Assembly (NCBI GenBank): GCA_965227775.1
Contig: OZ245777.1
Coordinates: 3,232,001-3,296,000 of the forward strand
Direction of reading: 5' to 3'
DNA: 64,000 nt
From: Phycisphaerales bacterium
GTDB taxonomy: Bacteria > Planctomycetota > Phycisphaerae > Phycisphaerales > UBA1924
Shown here: positions 56,059 to 64,000 of the stretch, piece after piece
Numbering within the stretch: the stretch's first letter is position 1
How the letters are laid out: each line of letters starts with the position of its first letter
Translations under genes and position numbers: made by a program
Notes under the pieces: model-generated
The model's database searches: none
What the model saw: only the letters and a program-made list of their open reading frames with translations
Told to the model about the DNA's origin: nothing

Positions 56059-57051
56059 ATGGCAAGCCGCCGCCCCCCACTGTTCGAGTTGCTCCAGCAG
56101 AACGACGCCTCGCGCCAGGGACGCAGCGGCAACAACGGCCAGTCGGGCGTGCTACGAGGCGGGCCGACCAAACCGGTGGCCGAGCCTGAGCCGCCGCAGC
56201 CTTCCAACGGGCACGCATCGGGTGCTGTTGAAAGCAAGCCCAACAAGCCGGCCAGGGCGGCCTCACTCGAGGAAATCGCTGCGCCGTCCCAGCCCGATCC
56301 CGATCAGACACGTGCAGCGACGCGGCCGGAGCCCGAGCCGAAGCCGCAGCGGGCGAAGCCCGAGCCCAAGGCCGAGAGGCCAGCGGGAGCGGCCGATTGG
56401 TCGGGGATGCACCCGCATAGCTCGATCCGCGTGCGGATGCTGTGGATTTATGGTGCCCTGGTCGCGGTGCTGCTGACGGTCGTCGGCGTCTGGGCGCTTG
56501 GGTACAACCTCGGTGAACGCAATCAGAAGGCCGAACTCGGGGCCTATCTCGATCGCGCGGGCCAGGCCGGCCCCATCACCGATCCGCTTGATCAAGGCGT
56601 CGATGGCGGCTCATCCGAACCGGTCGATCCTTCGGCATTGTCGCAGATTGAAACGCCACAACGGGCCGAGGCCCCAGGGCAGGCACCGATCGAGCGAAGC
56701 GAACCGTCCGTGGCAACGCCCGACCCGGAGCCGGCTCCCATCGACGTTTCGGTCGATGTCCGCAAGCCCAACCACAACTACATGAAGCTGGCCAGCGGCA
56801 TGACCCAGGAGCGGGCCGAGGGCCTCGCTCAACACTTGGTAAACAACGGCATCGCCGCGATGGCACTGCGCGAGGGCCGCGGCTACGGCCTGTATACCTC
56901 GATGGCCGTGCCCAGCGGCCAATTCGGGGCTACGAAGCCCGAGCGTGAAGCCCACGCCTCGCGGGTCGTCCGGCTGCTGATGCAGACGCCGCGCGATCTC
57001 GGTGGGCCCTACGACGCCAGCGGGCACCTCTGGATCCGTTTCGACGGCTGA
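56059..57051 (+). CDS. Bitopic membrane protein with Pro-rich linkers, possibly SPOR-like C-terminus
   Basis: Single TM helix; NYMKLASGMTQERAEGLAQHLVNNGI loosely SPOR-like. Confidence 0.6.
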   Translation: MASRRPPLFELLQQNDASRQGRSGNNGQSGVLRGGPTKPVAEPEPPQPSNGHASGAVESKPNKPARAASLEEIAAPSQPDPDQTRAATRPEPEPKPQRAKPEPKAERPAGAADWSGMHPHSSIRVRMLWIYGALVAVLLTVVGVWALGYNLGERNQKAELGAYLDRAGQAGPITDPLDQGVDGGSSEPVDPSALSQIETPQRAEAPGQAPIERSEPSVATPDPEPAPIDVSVDVRKPNHNYMKLASGMTQERAEGLAQHLVNNGIAAMALREGRGYGLYTSMAVPSGQFGATKPEREAHASRVVRLLMQTPRDLGGPYDASGHLWIRFDG

Positions 57052-57158
57052 TCCGCCCTACCTGCGGCCAGCCTGCCAGTGGCGGCTGGGTGGTTCTCCG
57101 TCTATCATCTCAGCCCGGGCCAGCCAGTTGGCCTGGGCTGTTTCGCAGGAGAATCGGC

Positions 57159-57314
57159 ATGAGCCTCCACAGTTCACTTCGCACCGGCGGCGCCCTGGTC
57201 CAGAAGCGGTCGGTCCTGACCCGGGCTGAGCGCGTTGCCAAGCTGCTCGACGAGAAGAAGATGGCCAAGGACGAGAAGAAGGCCCTGGGCCTTCCGAAGG
57301 TCCGCGTCTTCTAG
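57159..57314 (+). CDS. PVC-superphylum small basic signature protein
   Basis: MSLHSSLR...RSVLTRAERV...LGLPKV; AGGAG RBS. Confidence 0.85.
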   Translation: MSLHSSLRTGGALVQKRSVLTRAERVAKLLDEKKMAKDEKKALGLPKVRVF

Positions 57315-57388
57315 GTCGGCCGCCCTCCTCCTCGACGTTTTCCACCCTTGTGCGCGCTTTCGGCCGCAGTGGTGGGAACGATGGGGGC

Positions 57389-58570
57389 ATGGACGTACGC
57401 CGCCTTGTAACCGACCGCGCCAGGGCCGTCGATGCCTCGGGCATCCGCCGCATCTTCCAGCTCGGCGCCCAAATCGAGAATCCGATCAACTTGAGCATCG
57501 GGCAGCCGGACTTTCCGGTGCCCGAGACGATCAAGCGCGCCGCGATCGACGCCATCGAGAGCGATTTCAACGGGTACACGCAGACCCAGGGCATCGCGCC
57601 GCTGCGCGAGAAGCTGGTGGACTGGCTTGCGCGCGATCTCGGGTGGACGTTCGGCGGGGCGGGCGACCCGGAGGTGCTGGTCACGAGCGGCACGAGTGGG
57701 GCTCTCTTCCTGGCATTCATGGCGCTCATGGGGCCGGGCGACGAGGCGATCATTCCCGACCCGTACTTCGTGATGTACCCGCACGTTGCGACCATGTGCG
57801 GCGGCAAGGCCGTGCGTTGCGACACATACCCCGACTTTCGCATGACGGCCGAGCGGGTCGAGCCGTTAATCACCGAGCGCACAAAGCTGGTGTTGTACAA
57901 CGCACCGTCGAATCCTGCCGGGGTTGTCGGCACTGTTGATGAGTGCCGCGACCTGCTGGAGCTTTGCCGTAGCAAGGGCGTGCTGCTCATCAGCGACGAG
58001 ATCTACGACGAGTTCACGTTCGACGACTTCGAGGACGACAAGATGGTCGGCGAGCCTCGCAGCCCACGCTGCCCCTCCCCGGCACGCTTTCCTGGGGCCC
58101 AGGACGACGTTCTGGTCATCCGCGGGTTTGGCAAGACGTATGGCGTGACCGGCTGGCGGATGGGCTATGCGGCTGGGCCGGCCGAGCTGATGGGCCACAT
58201 CGCGAAGTTCCAGCAGTACACGTACGTGTGCGCGCCGTCGATGGCGCAGCACGGGTGCATCGCAGCGATGGATGTCGACATGACCGACACCGTGCGCGCG
58301 TACAAGCAGCGCCGTGATTCGTTGGTGCGGGCCCTCAGCCAATGGACCGAGGTCGCCGTACCGGGCGGGGCGTTCTATCTGTTTCCCCGCGTGCCCGAAG
58401 GGAAGACCGGGACACAGTTTGTGGAGGAAGCCATCTCCAACAAGCTGTTGGTGATTCCAGGTGGGATCTTCAGCGATCGGGACACGCACTTTCGCCTGAG
58501 CTTTGCTTCATCTCCGGAGACCATCGAGCGGGGCATTGAGGTGCTGGAGAAGCTGTACTCGGGCATCTGA
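57389..58570 (+). CDS. Class I/II PLP-dependent aminotransferase
   Basis: LSIGQPDF, PSNPAG, SDEIY, GFGKTYGVTGWRMG. Confidence 0.93.
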   Translation: MDVRRLVTDRARAVDASGIRRIFQLGAQIENPINLSIGQPDFPVPETIKRAAIDAIESDFNGYTQTQGIAPLREKLVDWLARDLGWTFGGAGDPEVLVTSGTSGALFLAFMALMGPGDEAIIPDPYFVMYPHVATMCGGKAVRCDTYPDFRMTAERVEPLITERTKLVLYNAPSNPAGVVGTVDECRDLLELCRSKGVLLISDEIYDEFTFDDFEDDKMVGEPRSPRCPSPARFPGAQDDVLVIRGFGKTYGVTGWRMGYAAGPAELMGHIAKFQQYTYVCAPSMAQHGCIAAMDVDMTDTVRAYKQRRDSLVRALSQWTEVAVPGGAFYLFPRVPEGKTGTQFVEEAISNKLLVIPGGIFSDRDTHFRLSFASSPETIERGIEVLEKLYSGI

Positions 58571-58614
58571 GCGAGCGGTCCCGAATACAGTTGTTCAAAT
58601 CGCTGGAGAATCCC

Positions 58615-60018
58615 ATGGTCATTCGATCGCTTGCAATCGCAACCTTGCTCTTGACCACGTGTGGCACCGCAGTGGGCGGCGACCCCGAGCAGCTCAGTCG
58701 CTGGGCCGAAGAGGGCAAGGCGCGGGCCGAGAAGATGCGCGGCCTGCTGTTCTTGCGCGATGTGCCCGTCGAGCTGATGTCGCGGGACCAGATCGAGCAG
58801 GAGATCTTGACAATCGTCGATCGAGATATGCCACCCGAGTGGCGCATCCAGGTCGATCGTGGGTATAAGGCCTTCGGGCTCGTGCCGCAGGACTCGGACG
58901 TGCTGACGGACATGATCAAACTGGTGGTGTCGCAGGCGGGCGGCTTCTACGACCCCGAGGCCAAGCACGTCATCTTGCCGGACGACCTCGAGGAGTTCAT
59001 GGGGCAGATGGCCGGAGAGATGGCCGCGGGTGCGCCCGGGTTTATGGACCCGATGATGCGCAACATTCTGACGCACGAGTTCACCCACGCGTTGCAGGAC
59101 CAGCACCACGATTTGAACACCATCATGGGCCTGGCCATGGACGACGATGACGTGCGATTGGCGCTCACGGCGTTGGTCGAGGGAGATGCGACGCTCATCG
59201 GCACGGGCGCGATGATGGACGCCGACGGTGACATGACCAATCTGCTACGGCAAGACCCCGCTGCGATGGGCGCGATGATGGGCGCCGGCGGCGGCATGAT
59301 GGGCGCCGAAGCGAACGCGATGCCCGCCATCCTGAAGGAAACGCTCATCTTCCCCTACGTGCACGGCTACGTGCTGGTGACGACGATGGTGCAGCAGGGC
59401 GGGTTCGAGAGCGTCGATGCGGCGTTCGACGATCCTCCAGTGTCCACCGAGCAGCTCTTGCACATCGAGAAGTATCTGGGTGAAGAGCGCGACGAGCCGG
59501 TGGCGATCACTATGCCCGACATCAATCTCGGCGAGTTCGGTTGGGAGCCCGTCGCCCAGAATACGTTTGGCGAATTCCAGACCCGAGTGCTGCTGGGCAA
59601 CACGCCCGACGCGATCGTGGCCGCCGCGGGCTGGGACGGGGATCGCTTCCAGGTGTGGGAGCACGAAGACGGACGCCTGGCAGCGGCATGGATCAGCGTG
59701 TGGGACAGCGATGATGATGCGCGGCAGTTCGCCGAGGAATTGGCGTACCACGAGGGCCGCCGATTCGAGGGCGAGGCCGGGCGTCAGAAGCGCAAGAATG
59801 AAGGCGGTCGTCTCGAGATCGCCGTCGGCACCGAGGGTGACCTGTCTTGGGTGACTGTCGAAGGCGATACGGTCGTGCTCACCAAGGGCTTCCCAGTCGA
59901 CACCGTGGGAGCCGTCGAGAGCGCGGTGCGTGGACTCTCCACGCGCACCATCAAGACGTGGGCCGACGTGAAGGCGGCCGGGGCGGCGAACGCCGAGCTT
60001 GAGACACCGATTCCCTGA
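58615..60018 (+). CDS. Exported HExxH putative metallopeptidase
   Basis: Signal peptide; GFYDP, HEFTHALQDQ, EGDA, FPYVHG, PPVSTEQ, GWDGD. Confidence 0.75.
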   Translation: MVIRSLAIATLLLTTCGTAVGGDPEQLSRWAEEGKARAEKMRGLLFLRDVPVELMSRDQIEQEILTIVDRDMPPEWRIQVDRGYKAFGLVPQDSDVLTDMIKLVVSQAGGFYDPEAKHVILPDDLEEFMGQMAGEMAAGAPGFMDPMMRNILTHEFTHALQDQHHDLNTIMGLAMDDDDVRLALTALVEGDATLIGTGAMMDADGDMTNLLRQDPAAMGAMMGAGGGMMGAEANAMPAILKETLIFPYVHGYVLVTTMVQQGGFESVDAAFDDPPVSTEQLLHIEKYLGEERDEPVAITMPDINLGEFGWEPVAQNTFGEFQTRVLLGNTPDAIVAAAGWDGDRFQVWEHEDGRLAAAWISVWDSDDDARQFAEELAYHEGRRFEGEAGRQKRKNEGGRLEIAVGTEGDLSWVTVEGDTVVLTKGFPVDTVGAVESAVRGLSTRTIKTWADVKAAGAANAELETPIP

Positions 60019-60054
60019 CCTTCCAGACGCGACGCACCCGCCAACGGAGCCTGC

Positions 60055-61095
60055 ATGGACGCGGATACGACATCGACGGAAGCCACACAAGCCGCGGCCG
60101 ACAAATTTCGGGCCGACTATACCGCAGTGCGTGATCAGGTCGCCCGCGTTGTGGTGGGCCAGCAAACCACCATTGACGGGCTGCTGACGTGCCTGTTCAC
60201 GGGCGGGCACGCGCTGCTCGAAGGCGTGCCCGGCATCGGCAAGACGCTGATGGTGCGCACACTTGCAAGCGCCTTGTCGCTCGACTTCGGTCGTGTGCAG
60301 TTCACACCCGACCTGATGCCGGCCGACATCACCGGCACGACGGTCATCGATGAGGTCGAGACCGAGGGCGGGCACGTGAAGCGGCAGTTTGCCTTCCAGC
60401 GCGGACCGATCTTCGCCCAGATGGTGCTTGCCGACGAGATCAACCGCGCGACGCCCAAGACGCAGAGCGCCCTGCTTGAGGCCATGCAGGAGCGCCGCGT
60501 GACGGTGGCGGGCACGACGCACGAATTGCCGGCACCGTTCTTTGTGCTGGCGACGCAAAACCCGATCGAGCAAGAGGGCACGTATCCGTTGCCCGAGGCG
60601 CAGCTGGATCGGTTCTTCTTCAAGCTTCAGGTTGGTTATGCGTCACGCGAAGAAATGGGTGAGATCATCGCTCGGACCACAGGAGCCACCGCGGAAGACG
60701 CGGAGTCTGTGCTGGATGCAGAGACAATACTGCAGCACCAGAACCTCGTGAGACGCGTGGCCGTGACCGAGCGTGTGCGCGACTATGCCATCCGGATGGT
60801 GATGAGCAGCCATCCGAAGGGACGCGATTCGGACGGCCGCTTCGCGACGCCGATGGTGAACAAGTACGTGCGTGTGGGCGCTTCGCCGCGTGCGGCGCAG
60901 GCCCTCATCCTCGGTGCAAAGTGTCGGGCGCTCGTTGATGGTCGGCCCTCCGTGGCGATCGAGGATGTGCAGGCCATCGCGCTGCCGGCACTACGACACC
61001 GCATTGTGGTGAACTTCGAGGCCGAAGCGGAGGGCGTGCACAGCGATCCGATTGTCGAGAACATCGTGCAAACCCTGCCCGCGGAGGGCGTGTGA
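60055..61095 (+). CDS. MoxR-family AAA+ ATPase
   Basis: GVPGIGKT, QFTPDLMPAD, ADEINRATPKTQSALLE, TQNPIEQEGTYPLPEAQLDRF. Confidence 0.95.
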   Translation: MDADTTSTEATQAAADKFRADYTAVRDQVARVVVGQQTTIDGLLTCLFTGGHALLEGVPGIGKTLMVRTLASALSLDFGRVQFTPDLMPADITGTTVIDEVETEGGHVKRQFAFQRGPIFAQMVLADEINRATPKTQSALLEAMQERRVTVAGTTHELPAPFFVLATQNPIEQEGTYPLPEAQLDRFFFKLQVGYASREEMGEIIARTTGATAEDAESVLDAETILQHQNLVRRVAVTERVRDYAIRMVMSSHPKGRDSDGRFATPMVNKYVRVGASPRAAQALILGAKCRALVDGRPSVAIEDVQAIALPALRHRIVVNFEAEAEGVHSDPIVENIVQTLPAEGV

Positions 61096-63227
61096 AGTCA
61101 CGCTTGATGGGTCGCGACGGCTTGTTCGGTCGTGTGTCGATCCGCGTCCTGCTACCGCTGCTGATGGGCTTCCCCGTCGCGCTGGCGACGCTGGTGCTGG
61201 TCGAGCTCTGGATTGAAGACACCACGCAGACTACTAGACGCCTGAACGCCGCCGAGATGGCGCAGATCCACGGCCGCATCAACGAGCGCCTGAGCACGCT
61301 GCTCGAAGCGCCTGCTCGCGCGACGAGCGTGCAGCGAGGCCACATCCTCAGCGGCCGGCTCGACGCACGGGACCTGCGCTCGTGGCGCGAGCCGCTGCAC
61401 GAGTTCACGACGGCAATGGACATGCTCAGCGGGCTGAGCTGGGGTGATGCGAGTGGCAACGCCGTCTGGGTGTTCCGCTATCCGGGCAAGCTGCACACCG
61501 AGTTTGCGATCGCTGATACCCGGACGGCCGAGGAAAACGACGCGATCGATACCGGATTCGTCGTGGAGTACGCGGTCGATGCGTCGGGCGAGATCATCGA
61601 TCGCACGGGCGGCTATCCGTTCGACCCACGCGTTCGACCGTGGTACGTGGGCGCGACAAAGGCAGATCGGCCGACATTCGTTGAGCCCTATGCGTGGCTA
61701 AACGTCGATGGTCAGGCCACTACTTTGGGGCTGCCGTTTGTCGAGCCGGTGTATGCGACTGGATCGCAAGGCTCCGGCCAGGGTGAGTTGCTCGGTGTGC
61801 TGGCGGCCGAAATCGGCCTCGAGGACCTATCGGCGTTCCTGCGCACGCTGCGCGTGGGGCGGGACGGGTTCGTGCTCGTCGTCGACGAGGGCGGCAGGCT
61901 CATCGCCCACTCGTTGCCACCCGAAGAGGTGCCGACGATCTCGCAGATCGACGGCCTTCCGGTAGCGCCCGTGGCAACCCAGAGCGCCGACGCACGCGTA
62001 CGCGATGCCGCAAACCACGCGGCTCGCGTCGTTGCTGGCCAGGGCACGAAGTTGGACGCGGGTTCGGCATCCGGAGCTACAGATGACACTGTTCGCGCCG
62101 ATCAAATCGCGGCGCAGCGAGAACCCATGACCTCCACGGCCTTGATCGCGTCGGCGCCCATGCTCGTACGCGTGTCGAGCTATCGCAACGCGCCAGGTCT
62201 CGACTGGCGCATCATCACGGCCCTGCCCGAGGCTGAATTGCTCGAGCCGGTGGCTGCCACCCGGACGAGCAGCGATCGCGCCATCACGATCGCGTTCGTC
62301 TCGACAATCCTCATCGGCCTCGCGCTCGGGCTGCTCGCAACGCTTCCGGTCTCTCGCTTGGTTCGGGAGATCGGTCGCGTGGGCGAGGGCAAACTCGACG
62401 AGCGCATCGAGCCGGGCGCGACGGCCGAGCTTGGCCGTATCGCCGACGCGGTTAACGTGATGGCCGAGGACCTGAAGGACCGCATCCGATTGCGCGAGAG
62501 CCTGCTTGTGGCGATGGAGGTGCAGAAGAACCTGCTACCGCAAGGACCGCCCAACATTGAGGGTCTCGACGTTGCGGGGCACAGCACGTACTGCGACGAG
62601 ACCGGTGGCGACTACTACGACTACCTGCATATCGAGGGCCTCGACGAATCCTGCGCAGCACTGGCGATCGGCGACGTGGTGGGCCACGGTGTCGCGGCGG
62701 CCATGCTCATGGCGACGGCCCGTGGCATCTTGCGCAGTCGCTGCCACAAGCCGGGAAGCCTGGGCGAACTGCTCACCCACCTGAACGATCTGCTCGTCGA
62801 CGACACGGGTGGCGAGCGGTTTATGACGATGCTGCTCGTGGTGCTTGATTCGCAACGCCGCACGCTCTCGTGGGCTTCGGCCGGGCACGGCCCGCCGATG
62901 GTGTACAAGGCCGATGACGACCGATTCCTCGAACTCGCCGGCGGCGGCATCCCGCTCGGTCTGTTTGGCTCCAAGCCTTACGAGACGTACGAAACCGAGA
63001 CGCTCCGAAAAGGCGACGTGATCGTGCTCTCCACCGACGGCATCTGGGAGGCCAGACGGACCGACGGGGAGTTTTACGGCATGGAGCGGCTCCAGATGAT
63101 CGTGCGAACGAACGCTGGCAAGTCCGCCGACGAGATCGCCGAGGCGATCCGCAGCGATCACGCCGAGCAATGCGGCGAACGCTGCCACGACGACGATGTG
63201 ACGTTCGTGGTCGCGAAGCTGGCATGA
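61092..63227 (+). CDS. Cache/HAMP/SpoIIE (PP2C) sensor phosphatase
   Basis: Two TM helices, DPRVRPWY Cache motif, HAMP, GGDYYD, GDVVGHG, TDG, DDVT. Confidence 0.92.
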   Translation: MKSRLMGRDGLFGRVSIRVLLPLLMGFPVALATLVLVELWIEDTTQTTRRLNAAEMAQIHGRINERLSTLLEAPARATSVQRGHILSGRLDARDLRSWREPLHEFTTAMDMLSGLSWGDASGNAVWVFRYPGKLHTEFAIADTRTAEENDAIDTGFVVEYAVDASGEIIDRTGGYPFDPRVRPWYVGATKADRPTFVEPYAWLNVDGQATTLGLPFVEPVYATGSQGSGQGELLGVLAAEIGLEDLSAFLRTLRVGRDGFVLVVDEGGRLIAHSLPPEEVPTISQIDGLPVAPVATQSADARVRDAANHAARVVAGQGTKLDAGSASGATDDTVRADQIAAQREPMTSTALIASAPMLVRVSSYRNAPGLDWRIITALPEAELLEPVAATRTSSDRAITIAFVSTILIGLALGLLATLPVSRLVREIGRVGEGKLDERIEPGATAELGRIADAVNVMAEDLKDRIRLRESLLVAMEVQKNLLPQGPPNIEGLDVAGHSTYCDETGGDYYDYLHIEGLDESCAALAIGDVVGHGVAAAMLMATARGILRSRCHKPGSLGELLTHLNDLLVDDTGGERFMTMLLVVLDSQRRTLSWASAGHGPPMVYKADDDRFLELAGGGIPLGLFGSKPYETYETETLRKGDVIVLSTDGIWEARRTDGEFYGMERLQMIVRTNAGKSADEIAEAIRSDHAEQCGERCHDDDVTFVVAKLA

Positions 63228-63258
63228 TATCGATGGCCTCAGCGCGCTAACCTCGGCC

Positions 63259-64000
63259 ATGTTCGCCCTACGCGGCATCCGCAAGGCCTTCGGGCAGACA
63301 ACTGTGCTCGACGGCATCGAACTGCGAATCGAGCCGAGGACGACCGTGGCGCTCATTGGTCCGAGCGGCTGTGGAAAGTCCACGCTGCTCCGCCTGATGA
63401 ACGGCTTGCTGCAGCCCGACGCCGGCGAGGTCTCGTTCGATGGCGCGCCGCTCGATCCATCGACGCTCACATCGATTCGCCGGCGGATTGGCTATGTCGT
63501 GCAAGAGGGTGGGCTGTTCGCACACCTCACGGCTCAGCAGAACGTGACACTGCTGGGCAGACGCCTCGGCTGGAGCCGGACCCAGGCGCGCGACCGGGCC
63601 CACGAGCTGGCGGCGCTTGCACGGCTCGATGCTTCGCTCCTGGCCCGGTTCCCGCACGAACTCAGCGGCGGTCAGCGGCAGCGGGTGGCCCTGATGCGTG
63701 CGCTCGCGAGTGACCCCGAAGCGCTGCTGCTCGACGAGCCGCTCGGGGCGCTCGACCCGATGGTGCGGGCCGATCTGCAGGACGAACTCAGAGCGCTGTT
63801 CGAGCGGCTCGACAAGACCGTGGTACTCGTCACGCACGATCTGGCGGAGGCCCGGCACCTGGCCAGCCGCGTGGTGCTGCTGCACGAGGGCCGAATCGCC
63901 CAGGACGGCCCGCATGAATCACTTCTCCGCGATCCCGCGAACGACTTCGTGCGGCGATTCGTGAGCGCACAGCGCCGGCTGCATGGGTTGGAAGGAGCCG
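63259..64000 (+). CDS. ABC transporter ATP-binding protein (osmoprotectant-like), truncated by right edge
   Basis: Read from DNA: GPSGCGKST, GYVVQEGGLF, LSGGQRQR, LLDEPLGALD, VTHD; no stop before the window end. Confidence 0.9.
   Translation, partial: MFALRGIRKAFGQTTVLDGIELRIEPRTTVALIGPSGCGKSTLLRLMNGLLQPDAGEVSFDGAPLDPSTLTSIRRRIGYVVQEGGLFAHLTAQQNVTLLGRRLGWSRTQARDRAHELAALARLDASLLARFPHELSGGQRQRVALMRALASDPEALLLDEPLGALDPMVRADLQDELRALFERLDKTVVLVTHDLAEARHLASRVVLLHEGRIAQDGPHESLLRDPANDFVRRFVSAQRRLHGLEGA

Overview
High-GC bacterial chromosome segment. Sequence signatures point to a planctomycete, probably Phycisphaerales: a PVC small basic signature protein, GC-type dockerin-like C-termini, an IPAP-type PEP-CTERM protein and DUF1570. 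Left to right: (1) a lower-GC block ending at the 3' side of tRNA-Ala, holding the tail of a large Pro/Glu-rich protein, PilZ, GAF-HlyD, PqqD-like/M50 protease/HlyD and a third membrane-fusion protein. (2) Housekeeping genes: tricorn S41 protease, fmt, def, kdsB, pyrG, panC, gcvT, fluC, hmgA. (3) An accessory stretch with a three-gene operon ending in a Tat-lipoprotein ADO/PCO-like thiol dioxygenase, plus two divergent dockerin-tagged secreted proteins, then tRNA-Thr. (4) A flagellar cluster flgF-G-A-H-I-J-N-K-L, fliW, csrA and two flagellins, with repeated sigma54-like motifs and CsrA-type hairpins. (5) xerD, mqnC, recG, pyrF, PEP-CTERM, an orphan nuoI, an aminotransferase, MoxR, a Cache/HAMP/SpoIIE phosphatase and a truncated ABC ATPase. 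No CRISPR array or transposase was seen. The strongest novelty candidates are the exported ADO/PCO-like dioxygenase operon (25481-27507) and the PilZ plus protease-fused triple-MFP export module (1-6289). All calls come from reading motifs by eye; no database search was run. Several start codons were moved downstream of the ORF track on RBS or homology grounds.
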